Shown here: one piece after another, positions 27,212-35,270 of the stretch
Layout of the letters: every line of letters begins with the position of its first letter
Position numbering within the stretch: position 1 is the first letter of the stretch
Assembly: GCA_003477045.1 (NCBI GenBank)
Contig: DMTS01000159.1
Span: forward strand, 3,899-39,168
DNA: 35,270 nucleotides
Direction: 5' to 3'
From: Candidatus Delongbacteria bacterium
GTDB taxonomy: Bacteria; UBA4055
Notes under the pieces: generated by a model
The model's database searches: none
What the model was told of the DNA's origin: nothing
Seen by the model: the letters and a program-made list of their open reading frames with translations, nothing else
Made by a program: the position numbers and the translations under genes

Positions 27212-28510
27212 ATGATTTGTCCAAATTGCAATACGATGAATCCGAACTCAATAAAGAAATGCATAAAATGCGGTGAAAAGCTTGAGAAAAGTTCAGGCGG
27301 AGCTGCAATCAAACAGGTATCGTCTTCAGAGGGCGGACCGATGCTGAAACAAAAAGAGAAACCGGTCAAGGCTGAAAAAACACCTAAACCGATGATGGTT
27401 AACGGCGATCAGAAAAAAAGTTCAAAAACTCTGCTGATTTTTTTTGTGGTTATTGCAGCAGCAGCAGCTTTGTACTTTTATAAAGATAAAATATTCACAT
27501 CAGTCCCGTCTCACGATTATAAAGCCGACTCGATCAGGACCGCGGATTCGATCAGACTTGCGGATTCGATCAGACTTGCGGATTCATTAAAACTCGCAGA
27601 TTCGCTTGCACAAGCAGTAAAAGACAGTCTAGTGCTTCTTTATAAAGGGAGTAAAACGATGCGCCAGGATACAACTCTTTATAAAACTTTGTCGGAAGCA
27701 GAAAAAGCCCAGGCAAGCAAAAGAAAAAAATCGTATAATGAAAAAACTTATTATGCAAAGGATAATAAAAAGATGGTTCTGATAAAAGGTCACTCATTTA
27801 TCATGGGTACCGATAAAGGCGCGGTAACTACTGACGCAAAAGGAAAACCTATTCCGCAAAAGAATCCACAGGGTGCAGCTTCGGATATTGAAAGACCGGC
27901 TCATTCAGTAAAAGTAAAGGATTTCTACCTTGATGAGACGGAAGTTACGAACGGGCAATTTAAGAAATTTTTGGAAGAAACAAAATATAAACCAAAAGGA
28001 AGCCTGTCGCATTTCAGGGACAGAAGGTTCAACAACGATGAGATGCCTGTTGTGGATGTTGATTATTACGATGCGGTCGCATATGCAGAATGGTCAGGGA
28101 AGAGGCTTCCGACAGAAAGAGAATGGGAGTGTGCAGCTAAGGACAGTCATAATTACGAATATCCAACAGGGAATGATATGACTGAAAGTCAGGCGAGATT
28201 CGGAATGAATATTACTGAGGGATCACCTAAGCCGGTAAAAAGCTACAGGGCGAACGGGTTCGGAATTTATGATCTGGCGGGTAATGTGAGTGAATGGGTG
28301 CAGGGAGTAATAACTCAGTACCCGGGGAATAAGATACCTAACCGTAATTATGGAAGCGCCAGAGTTCCCAGAGGAGGGTCTTGGTTGAGCCCGAAAGAAG
28401 ACTGTAAAACTTACAGAAGGGCTATTCTTGATATATCAAAATCTATGGGCAACATAGGTTTCAGATGTGCGATAAGCAGAGATGAAATAATAGAATTAAA
28501 AAATAGATAA
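27212..28510 (+). CDS. Membrane-anchored FGE-sulfatase (SUMF1-like) domain protein with N-terminal zinc ribbon
   Basis: CPNC..CIKCG ribbon; TM TLLIFFVVIAAAAALYFY; FYLDETEVTN, RLPTEREWE, NGFGIYDLAGNVSEW, RGGSW and IGFRC. Confidence 0.9.
   Translation: MICPNCNTMNPNSIKKCIKCGEKLEKSSGGAAIKQVSSSEGGPMLKQKEKPVKAEKTPKPMMVNGDQKKSSKTLLIFFVVIAAAAALYFYKDKIFTSVPSHDYKADSIRTADSIRLADSIRLADSLKLADSLAQAVKDSLVLLYKGSKTMRQDTTLYKTLSEAEKAQASKRKKSYNEKTYYAKDNKKMVLIKGHSFIMGTDKGAVTTDAKGKPIPQKNPQGAASDIERPAHSVKVKDFYLDETEVTNGQFKKFLEETKYKPKGSLSHFRDRRFNNDEMPVVDVDYYDAVAYAEWSGKRLPTEREWECAAKDSHNYEYPTGNDMTESQARFGMNITEGSPKPVKSYRANGFGIYDLAGNVSEWVQGVITQYPGNKIPNRNYGSARVPRGGSWLSPKEDCKTYRRAILDISKSMGNIGFRCAISRDEIIELKNR
27524..27613 (+). 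repeat. In-frame 18-bp tandem repeat, 5 units (ADSIRT/ADSIRL/ADSIRL/ADSLKL/ADSLAQ)
   Basis: GCGGATTCGATCAGACTT is exact at 27542-27559 and 27560-27577, with degenerate flanking copies. Confidence 0.9.
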
Positions 28511-28538
28511 TTCAGAGAGTATTCTCAGCAGGTGAATA

Positions 28539-29201
28539 ATGTGGATAACACTTTCAGAGTATTTAAAAAAAATAAACTCTGACAGCAGCAAATATTTTGA
28601 ATTCAATGATAGAATTCTTGAAGTTACGGATAAGATAATTCCGCTAGATTTTGAGAGTATTTTCAACAACGGAAACAAAGTCTTAAAATTTGAGATAGGG
28701 TTCGGGAACGGTGAATCGCTTATTAAGCTTGCAGAAAAATATCCGGATATAAACTATTTTGGAATTGACAGAAAAATGGACAGGGTAAGAACTGCGCTAT
28801 GCAAACTGAATAAGAAGAATAAAATAGCCAATCTGATGATATCGAGGCTCGGAGCAGATTATATTGACCAGATCATACGCCAAGAGTCATTCGACGAGAT
28901 AATTATGAATTTTCCAGATCCGTGGCCTAAAAAAAGACATCATAAAAATAGAACTATAAACGGTGATTATCTTTCCGTATTGCACAGTGTGTTAAAAAAA
29001 GACGGGATCTTCAGATTCGCCTCTGACCATGAGGAGTATTCAATGGAGGTCTTTGAACTGTTAAAAAGGTCTAAACTGTTTAGAAATGTTTACGATACTC
29101 CCTTTAAAAATGAGGTAAAAAATAGAATTGAAACCCAGTTTGAGAAACATAAAACCAGAGAGGGTTGTAAAATATTTCATATCAAATTCGCAAAAATTTA
29201 G
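28539..29201 (+). CDS. trmB: tRNA (guanine-N7)-methyltransferase
   Basis: FEIGFGNG SAM motif, NFPDPWPKKRHHKNR, FASD and ETQFE. Confidence 0.95.
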   Translation: MWITLSEYLKKINSDSSKYFEFNDRILEVTDKIIPLDFESIFNNGNKVLKFEIGFGNGESLIKLAEKYPDINYFGIDRKMDRVRTALCKLNKKNKIANLMISRLGADYIDQIIRQESFDEIIMNFPDPWPKKRHHKNRTINGDYLSVLHSVLKKDGIFRFASDHEEYSMEVFELLKRSKLFRNVYDTPFKNEVKNRIETQFEKHKTREGCKIFHIKFAKI

Positions 29202-29208
29202 GCTTTTT

Positions 29209-29763
29209 TTATTCAGACTTCTTGCGCAGATTTTTTCTTGCTTTTTTTAATGCTGCGATTCTCTCTCTTCGTTTAGTAACGGCATTTAGAGCTAAATAAT
29301 ATGCTATCGGATACGAGATTATGCCTACTATTATACCACCGATAGACACCATCTCGAAAAGTATTAATATGTCTTTGCCGGCTGTGTTGATACTGCTTAG
29401 AGACACATGGGAAAATATACTTTTAAAATTATCGTATGAGAAATCATGAAGAATGAAAATCCTGCCAAGGAAATGCTGTACATAAAAAACAGGAACGGCC
29501 ATTATTGGATTTGTAATTGTTGTGCTACCGATGATCCCCGCTAACCTATTGCTCTTAAATATTGTACATAAAACTACGGAAAGTAAAGCCTGAAAAGGAA
29601 TTATCGGAAGATAACCTACGAATATGCCTATGGCGAAGCCGTGAGCTATTTTTTGAGGCGGATCCTCTTTTCTAACAAAAAGTAGAAAATAATAGTTTAA
29701 AGATCTAACAATCCTTGTCAGCACCGGATGCTTAATTTTGTATTTTTCAGTGTCTATCTTCAA
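29209..29763 (-). CDS. DUF2062 family membrane protein
   Basis: PQKIAHGFAIGIFVGYLP..PFQ, N....ITNP and YYL pattern. Confidence 0.85.
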   Translation of the reverse strand: MKIDTEKYKIKHPVLTRIVRSLNYYFLLFVRKEDPPQKIAHGFAIGIFVGYLPIIPFQALLSVVLCTIFKSNRLAGIIGSTTITNPIMAVPVFYVQHFLGRIFILHDFSYDNFKSIFSHVSLSSINTAGKDILILFEMVSIGGIIVGIISYPIAYYLALNAVTKRRERIAALKKARKNLRKKSE

Positions 29764-29772
29764 TAAATTTTC

Positions 29773-31179
29773 CTAGAGCTTAAACTTGTTCTCAAGATAA
29801 TTTCCAAGCTCAGAGATCAGTACCCTTTCCTGCGACATCGAATCTCTGTCCCTTATGGTAACGGCCTTATCTTCGAGGCTGTCAAAATCGAATGTAATGC
29901 AGTAAGGAGTGCCTATTTCGTCATGCCTTCTGTATCTTTTTCCTATACTGCCAACTTCGTCGAAATCAATATTCCAGCCATATTCTTTCAGCAGACCCAT
30001 ATATATTTTCTCTGCTTCACCGGACAATTTTTTTGCAAGGGGAAGTACGGCGGCTTTGAAAGGTGCAAGAACAGGATGAAGTTTGAGCACGATTCTCGTA
30101 TCGTTTTCTCCGACAACTTCCTCTCTATATGCATCGCAAAGAATGATCAGCGCAGTTCTCTGAACGCCGAGTGAAGGTTCTATTACGAAAGGTACGAACT
30201 TCTCTTTCTCTGATTCATCAAAATAGGACAGGTCTTTTCCAGAGAGACCGATATGCTGTTTCAGATCATAATCTGTTCTTGAAGCTATACCGCACAATTC
30301 TCCCCATCCGAACGGATATTTGTATTCAACATCCGTTGTTGCATTTGAATAAAAAGCAAGCTCATCCTTTTCGTGGTCCCTCATTCTTAGATTAGCTTCA
30401 TTTACCCCCATGCTTAAAAACCAGTCATAGGTGAATTTTTTCCAGAAAGCGAACCATTCAAGTTCTGTTCCGGGTTTACAGAAAAATTCCATTTCCATCT
30501 GTTCAAACTCCCTTGTTCTGAAAATGAAATTGCCGGGCGTGATCTCATTTCTGAAGGATTTACCGATCTGGCAGATACCGAACGGGATCTTTTTCCGTGA
30601 TGTTGTCTGAATATTTTTAAAATTTATAAATATACCTTGCGCGGTTTCCGGTCGTAAATATATCTGAGCACCTTCTCCTTCTATTACACCCTGCTCTGTT
30701 TTAAACATCAGGTTGAAAGCTTTTGGCTCCGTCCAGTCAAGCGATCCGCATTTTGAGCACACTAATTTGTTTGAATTTATGAATTCAAGAAGATCAGATG
30801 AGCCGGTAAATTCTCCTGCCCAATTTTGAGGAAATATAGCAGTTGAGTTCTTTTCGTTCCAGTCTTCTATGTGCTTATCGGCTCTTACCCGAGTTTTGCA
30901 TTTTTTACAATCCATCAGCGGATCGGCGAAATTGCCGACATGTCCGGATGCCTCCCAAACTTTAGAATTTAAAAGTATAGCAGAATCAAGCTCGACATTT
31001 TCAGGTCTTTCTTTTATGAATTTTCTTCTCCAGTAGTTCTTAATGTTGTTAAGTAATTCAACACCAAGGGGACCGTAATCCCATGTATTAGCCAAACCGC
31101 CGTAAATTTCGGAACCTGGGTAAACAAAACCCCTTCTTTTGGCAAGAGAAACTATTTTTTCCATCGTTGTTTCAGACAT
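29773..31179 (-). CDS. glyQS: Glycine--tRNA ligase (alpha2, eukaryote/archaea-like type)
   Basis: [47 protein letters not shown] and [15 protein letters not shown]. Confidence 0.97.
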   Translation of the reverse strand: MSETTMEKIVSLAKRRGFVYPGSEIYGGLANTWDYGPLGVELLNNIKNYWRRKFIKERPENVELDSAILLNSKVWEASGHVGNFADPLMDCKKCKTRVRADKHIEDWNEKNSTAIFPQNWAGEFTGSSDLLEFINSNKLVCSKCGSLDWTEPKAFNLMFKTEQGVIEGEGAQIYLRPETAQGIFINFKNIQTTSRKKIPFGICQIGKSFRNEITPGNFIFRTREFEQMEMEFFCKPGTELEWFAFWKKFTYDWFLSMGVNEANLRMRDHEKDELAFYSNATTDVEYKYPFGWGELCGIASRTDYDLKQHIGLSGKDLSYFDESEKEKFVPFVIEPSLGVQRTALIILCDAYREEVVGENDTRIVLKLHPVLAPFKAAVLPLAKKLSGEAEKIYMGLLKEYGWNIDFDEVGSIGKRYRRHDEIGTPYCITFDFDSLEDKAVTIRDRDSMSQERVLISELGNYLENKFKL

Positions 31180-31197
31180 ATCAAATCCTATAAAAAT

Positions 31198-33306
31198 TTA
31201 TTTTTTTAATCTCATAAGTGCATCTTTAGCTTTTTTATTTTTAAGTTTTGCAGCCTTCTCGTAATATTCTTTAGCCTTAGCTTCCTGATTTTGTTTTTCA
31301 AAAATGTTTCCCAACTCATAGTATGCGTCAGAAGAGTAATTTTTATCAGTTATGTATTTCATAAGGTTCTTTATAGATTCTTCAGGGTCATCTTCAGATC
31401 CGGCTGCGGCTACGGTATTTTTGAATTCAACGTCTTTATCGTTCTTAACATGGTTTAGCACTTTTTCAAAATACTGCCTTGCAATTTTATAATCTCCAAG
31501 CATAAAATATGTGTTTCCCAATCTTCTGTTCAAATTGACGCATTTCGGGTCAGAATCTGAAACACTGTCAGGAAGGTTTACAGTCTTTTTAAACTCATCG
31601 AGGGACTTCAGGTAATTATCCGCTGCATTACTGTATTTGCATGTAACTTCGTTTACATATCCCGCATTGTAATATCTGTCCGAAATCTCAAAGATGTTTG
31701 TTCCCGGTCTGTTCTGATAATTTGTTTTCGCAAGTATTTTTCTTTTTGAGGAGTACATATTTATGTCTGCAGACAGGTTAGATCTTTTGTCGTCAAGGAA
31801 TATTTTTCCTGAAATAGAATCATATTCTTTCATCTCTGAAAGAGCCTGTAATAGGGATTTTTCCGGATTATCTCTCTGAATAGAATCCAACATTTCAAGT
31901 AGGGCGTACCCGATGATTTCAAGTTTTTTCGGATTTCTGTTCATCTCTTTTCTAAAAAAAAATACAAAATCGTTGAATCGCGGATTATCTGCGTCGTAAG
32001 AGCTTTCGCTGATAAAGACAAGGCTGTCTGCATTGGCAGAAAGTTTATTAAGCATACTCATGTCATTCCATCCGTAAGTGCCAAGGAGATTAGCCTTAAA
32101 GTTATAATATGAAACCTGTGAAAGCACGGATTCAATGTCTGAATTCGGTACGGGGAGGAATATCGCATCAATAACCGGCGCCTGGAAAGTTCTGATAGAA
32201 TCCGGCAGCATATATTCATCGATCTCTAAAGAACATATACCGAGGATCTTCTCTCTTATTCTTTGAATCTGTTTATTCAGGTCATAGGCTTCGTAATACC
32301 ATTCCGTGGATAGGACGGAACAGCCTTTCTCAACAACTTTTTCTGTAAATCCGGTTACGGACTCATTCCCGTCTTCAGATGCCGGGGCAATTACTGCAAA
32401 AGTTTTATAATTTAATGAATCAATTGCATACTCGGCGATCATTTTACTCATTGAATATGAAGTTGTATTCATCTGAAAAACAAACCGGGAAATATCAGAA
32501 ATGTTGTTCGTGGATGCTGTTGGAGAAACAAGAGGAATGTTCTTAACCGCAGCTAAGCCTGCGAGTGCGGCGGTTGCATCGGATCGTAATTCTCCTACAA
32601 TAAGATTATATCCTGTTGAATTCAGTCTGTCTAAAACTTTTTTTACCATAACAGGCATTTTGCTTTCAGAATTGATTACATCGAGTTTTATATTTCTGCC
32701 GTTCCTGTTCATTTTTTTTACTGCGAACTCCAATCCTGAAAGAAGATCGTTCCCCGCGTCTTTGTCTGCTCCGGTTAAAGGAAGTACTGCGAGAATTTTA
32801 AGAGAAGTTCTACTCTGAATTATATATTTTTTTATTGTTCTGTCGAATATACTTTCATTTAATTCTTTTAAATCCTCTTCATTCAGCCTGTTGTTTATCA
32901 AAGCTTCAAGAACTGACTTCGAATTGACTGATATTTCTGTTTGAGACGAGTTAAGCAGTCCGGTAAATATAACGGCTCCTTCAACCTTTTCTTCAAGCCT
33001 GATCTTCGATAGGGCGAGATAATATAAAGCGCACTCTTTAATGAAAATATTGTCTGAGTGTCCGCTTACATAAAAAAAAGATTTTTTACTTTCTCTGAAG
33101 CTGCCCATTTTATAATATGCAAGACCGCGGTATAAAGCTTCTTCAGTGTCCGTTCCCTGATCACTCTTCAGTCCTTCGGTATAAGAAATCAATTCAGGAT
33201 ATAATGCGGATTCGTATAAATATTTTATTTTGTTCAAATCAATAGCTGAAGACTCCAGGGTCAATAAAAAAAATATCAGTAATGTAATAGGTCTTGTCAT
33301 TTTCAA
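31198..33306 (-). CDS. Exported TPR + type I periplasmic-binding-fold protein (LpoA/LppC-like)
   Basis: Signal peptide, N- and C-terminal TPRs, KILAVLPLTG, IVGELRS, IPLVSPTA and DAIFLP. Alternative ATG at 33300. Confidence 0.75.
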   Translation of the reverse strand: MKMTRPITLLIFFLLTLESSAIDLNKIKYLYESALYPELISYTEGLKSDQGTDTEEALYRGLAYYKMGSFRESKKSFFYVSGHSDNIFIKECALYYLALSKIRLEEKVEGAVIFTGLLNSSQTEISVNSKSVLEALINNRLNEEDLKELNESIFDRTIKKYIIQSRTSLKILAVLPLTGADKDAGNDLLSGLEFAVKKMNRNGRNIKLDVINSESKMPVMVKKVLDRLNSTGYNLIVGELRSDATAALAGLAAVKNIPLVSPTASTNNISDISRFVFQMNTTSYSMSKMIAEYAIDSLNYKTFAVIAPASEDGNESVTGFTEKVVEKGCSVLSTEWYYEAYDLNKQIQRIREKILGICSLEIDEYMLPDSIRTFQAPVIDAIFLPVPNSDIESVLSQVSYYNFKANLLGTYGWNDMSMLNKLSANADSLVFISESSYDADNPRFNDFVFFFRKEMNRNPKKLEIIGYALLEMLDSIQRDNPEKSLLQALSEMKEYDSISGKIFLDDKRSNLSADINMYSSKRKILAKTNYQNRPGTNIFEISDRYYNAGYVNEVTCKYSNAADNYLKSLDEFKKTVNLPDSVSDSDPKCVNLNRRLGNTYFMLGDYKIARQYFEKVLNHVKNDKDVEFKNTVAAAGSEDDPEESIKNLMKYITDKNYSSDAYYELGNIFEKQNQEAKAKEYYEKAAKLKNKKAKDALMRLKK

Positions 33307-33308
33307 AT

Positions 33309-35147
33309 TTATTCCACAGTTACACTTTTAGCCAGATTCCTAGGCATATCGACATTATAACCCTTTTCAACGGCAATATAGTATGCGAGAAGCTGTAGTG
33401 GGATCACGGTCAGGATCGGAGAAAGCAGGTTCGTAGTGTCCGGAATTTTTATTACATAGTCCGAGATCAAATCGATCTCTTCATCTCCGTAGCTGGCGAT
33501 AGAAATAACTACACCGTTCCGTGCTTTAACTTCTTTGATATTCGTGATCACTTTATCGTATATGGTGTCTTTTATTGCAATAAAGATCACAGGCATATTT
33601 TCATCGATAAGAGCAATAGGGCCGTGTTTCATTTCTGCAGCCGGATATCCTTCCGCATGAATATAAGAGATTTCTTTCAATTTTAAAGCGCCTTCAAGTG
33701 CCACGGGAAAATTGTATCCTCTTCCCAGATACAGAAAGTTTTTCGCGCTGCTGAATTTCTTGGCTATTTCTTTTATCACAGCGGAATTTTCGAGGATGGA
33801 TTCGACCAGGGCGGGAAGTATCTTAAGTTCTTTAACGATCTTATAACCCTGCCTGAATGAAAGGTGTTTTCTCCTAGCAATATCAATGGTAATCAGAGCA
33901 AGTACGATAACCTGCGAGGTGAATGCCTTTGTTGATGCGACCCCTATTTCCGGTCCTGCGTGAAGATAGACGCCCGCATCTGTTTCTTTTGAAATCGAAG
34001 AACCCACGACATTACAGATGCCAAGAACGACAGCCCCTTTTCTCTTTGCTTCTTTGATAGCTGCGAGAGTATCAGCCGTTTCTCCGGACTGAGAAATAGC
34101 TATTACGACGGTTTTGGGCGTTATTATCGGATCCCTGTATCTGAATTCAGATGCGTATTCCACTTCTACAGGTATTTTGGCGTATTCTTCAAGCATGTAT
34201 TCGCCTATAAGAGCGCTGTGCCAGCTTGTTCCGCATGCGACGATGTATATTTTATCGGCATTTATAAGTGAGTTATAAATTTCAGGATGTTCATTAAGCC
34301 CGCCGAGCTTGGTAGTTCCCTCTTCAAGAAGAAGCCTGCCTCTCATGCTGTCTGTTATTGTCTTTGGCTGCTCGAATATCTCTTTAAGCATAAAGTGATC
34401 GTAACCGCTTTTCTCAATGTCAGTAAGTTCGAATGAAATTTTCTCTATACTTTTCTCAAGCAGTTCGTCATCAAGTGTTTTATGTACTACACTGTCTTTT
34501 GTGATTACCGCTATCTCTCTATCCTGCATATATACTACTTCAGAGGTTTTCTTTAAAACAGAAGAAGGGTCGGAAGCAAAATAATTCTCGTTTTTGCCTA
34601 TACCGATCAGCAGGGGAGAACCGAGCCTGGCTGCAATCAGTTTATCAGGTTCATTCAAGCAGAAAACGCCTATCCCGTAGGTTCCTTTTACATCGAGAAG
34701 CGCTTCCTTTACGGCTTTTTCAATGTCGCCTTTATAATAGTGCTGTATGAGGTTAACAAGTATTTCTGTGTCTGTTTCCGAATAAAAAGTAAACCCTGTT
34801 TTCTCCAGTTTCTTTTTAAGGGATGTGTAATTTTCAATAATTCCGTTGTGGACAAGAAATATATTGCCGTCATTCGAAACATGCGGGTGAGAATTCTTGT
34901 GATTTGGTTCGCCGTGTGTCGCCCACCTTGTATGAGCTATACCTATATTGCCCGAAAGATTGCTGCTGATAGATTTTTCAAGTTCAATTATCTTTCCGAC
35001 ATTTTTTACGAGAAAATGTTCAGCGGTATTTTTCCGGTAAATTAAAATGCCTGCAGAATCATAACCCCTGTATTCAACTCTTTTCAGTCCGTCAACAAGG
35101 AACCTTACGCAGTCTTTGTTACCGATATATCCGACTATTCCGCACAT
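33309..35147 (-). CDS. glmS: Glutamine--fructose-6-phosphate aminotransferase
   Basis: MCGIVG, EYRGYDSAG, HTRWATHG, SQSGETADT, EGALKLKE and PRNLAKSVTVE. Confidence 0.99.
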   Translation of the reverse strand: MCGIVGYIGNKDCVRFLVDGLKRVEYRGYDSAGILIYRKNTAEHFLVKNVGKIIELEKSISSNLSGNIGIAHTRWATHGEPNHKNSHPHVSNDGNIFLVHNGIIENYTSLKKKLEKTGFTFYSETDTEILVNLIQHYYKGDIEKAVKEALLDVKGTYGIGVFCLNEPDKLIAARLGSPLLIGIGKNENYFASDPSSVLKKTSEVVYMQDREIAVITKDSVVHKTLDDELLEKSIEKISFELTDIEKSGYDHFMLKEIFEQPKTITDSMRGRLLLEEGTTKLGGLNEHPEIYNSLINADKIYIVACGTSWHSALIGEYMLEEYAKIPVEVEYASEFRYRDPIITPKTVVIAISQSGETADTLAAIKEAKRKGAVVLGICNVVGSSISKETDAGVYLHAGPEIGVASTKAFTSQVIVLALITIDIARRKHLSFRQGYKIVKELKILPALVESILENSAVIKEIAKKFSSAKNFLYLGRGYNFPVALEGALKLKEISYIHAEGYPAAEMKHGPIALIDENMPVIFIAIKDTIYDKVITNIKEVKARNGVVISIASYGDEEIDLISDYVIKIPDTTNLLSPILTVIPLQLLAYYIAVEKGYNVDMPRNLAKSVTVE

Positions 35148-35195
35148 TTTTTTCCTTCAGTTCTTTATTTTTAAGAAGCTCTAAATATAAATATT

Positions 35196-35270
35196 TCAAA
35201 CACTTTTATCAAGGTTTGTAAGATCATCAAAAGCCAAGGCATTAAGCGGACATATCCAGACGCATTTTTT
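35196..35270 (-). CDS. 3' end of a 4Fe-4S ferredoxin-motif protein (partial)
   Basis: Minus-strand reading ...KKCVWICPLNALAFDDLTNLDKSV*. CxxxCP-x-x-AL is the tail of a CxxCxxCxxxCP motif. Confidence 0.7.
   Translation of the reverse strand, partial: KKCVWICPLNALAFDDLTNLDKSV

Noticed and set aside
27524-27613. CRISPR-like repeat
   Set aside because: Units are contiguous 18-mers without spacers and lie in frame within a CDS.
392-35045. Many short ORF-track entries antisense to or out of frame within real genes (e.g. 392-577, 914-1240, 7506-7790, 8222-8722, 11494-11892, 32501-32818)
   Set aside because: They are shadow ORFs overlapping well-supported genes, with no recognisable motifs.
975-35147. 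Window-wide enrichment of D-(S/T)-hydrophobic sequons in exported proteins
   Set aside because: By-eye counts in cytoplasmic GlnS and GlmS are similar to those in the exported PPIases; only the repeat array at 27.5 kb stands out.
35148-35270. glmS ribozyme upstream of glmS
   Set aside because: Only 48 AT-rich nt separate glmS from the stop codon of an upstream ferredoxin-motif CDS, leaving no room for the ribozyme.

Overview
AT-rich, gene-dense core-genome window from a diderm bacterium. It uses canonical sigma70 promoters (TTGAC-N17-TAnnnT) and Shine-Dalgarno sites. Gene content and order (bamA-skp, a tandem PPIase/SurA trio, bamD-nadD, alpha2-type GlyRS, GlnRS, a C-terminal TWGSIKAMFR motif) suggest a non-Bacteroidia FCB-group lineage, which is an inference only. 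Housekeeping genes: partial uvrB, bamA, skp, tRNA-Thr(CGT), yitT-like, hslO, tyrS, glnS, surA, bamD, nadD, ruvB, queA, trmB, glyQS, glmS, plus the 3' end of a ferredoxin-motif gene. No mobile elements, CRISPR arrays or rRNA were seen. Most interesting: (1) a terminator-bounded five-gene operon at 7.4-9.85 kb in which four products share one SHOCT-like helical hairpin, including a 50-aa ORF missing from the ORF track, with candidate operator repeats over its promoter; (2) an unknown exported beta-propeller protein with a four-fold ~73-aa coiled-coil repeat, encoded between surA and bamD; (3) a small secreted protein ending in a putative TWGxIKAxFR sorting motif; (4) an 18-bp tandem repeat encoding an array of D-S-[I/L] O-glycosylation-like sequons in an FGE-domain membrane protein.
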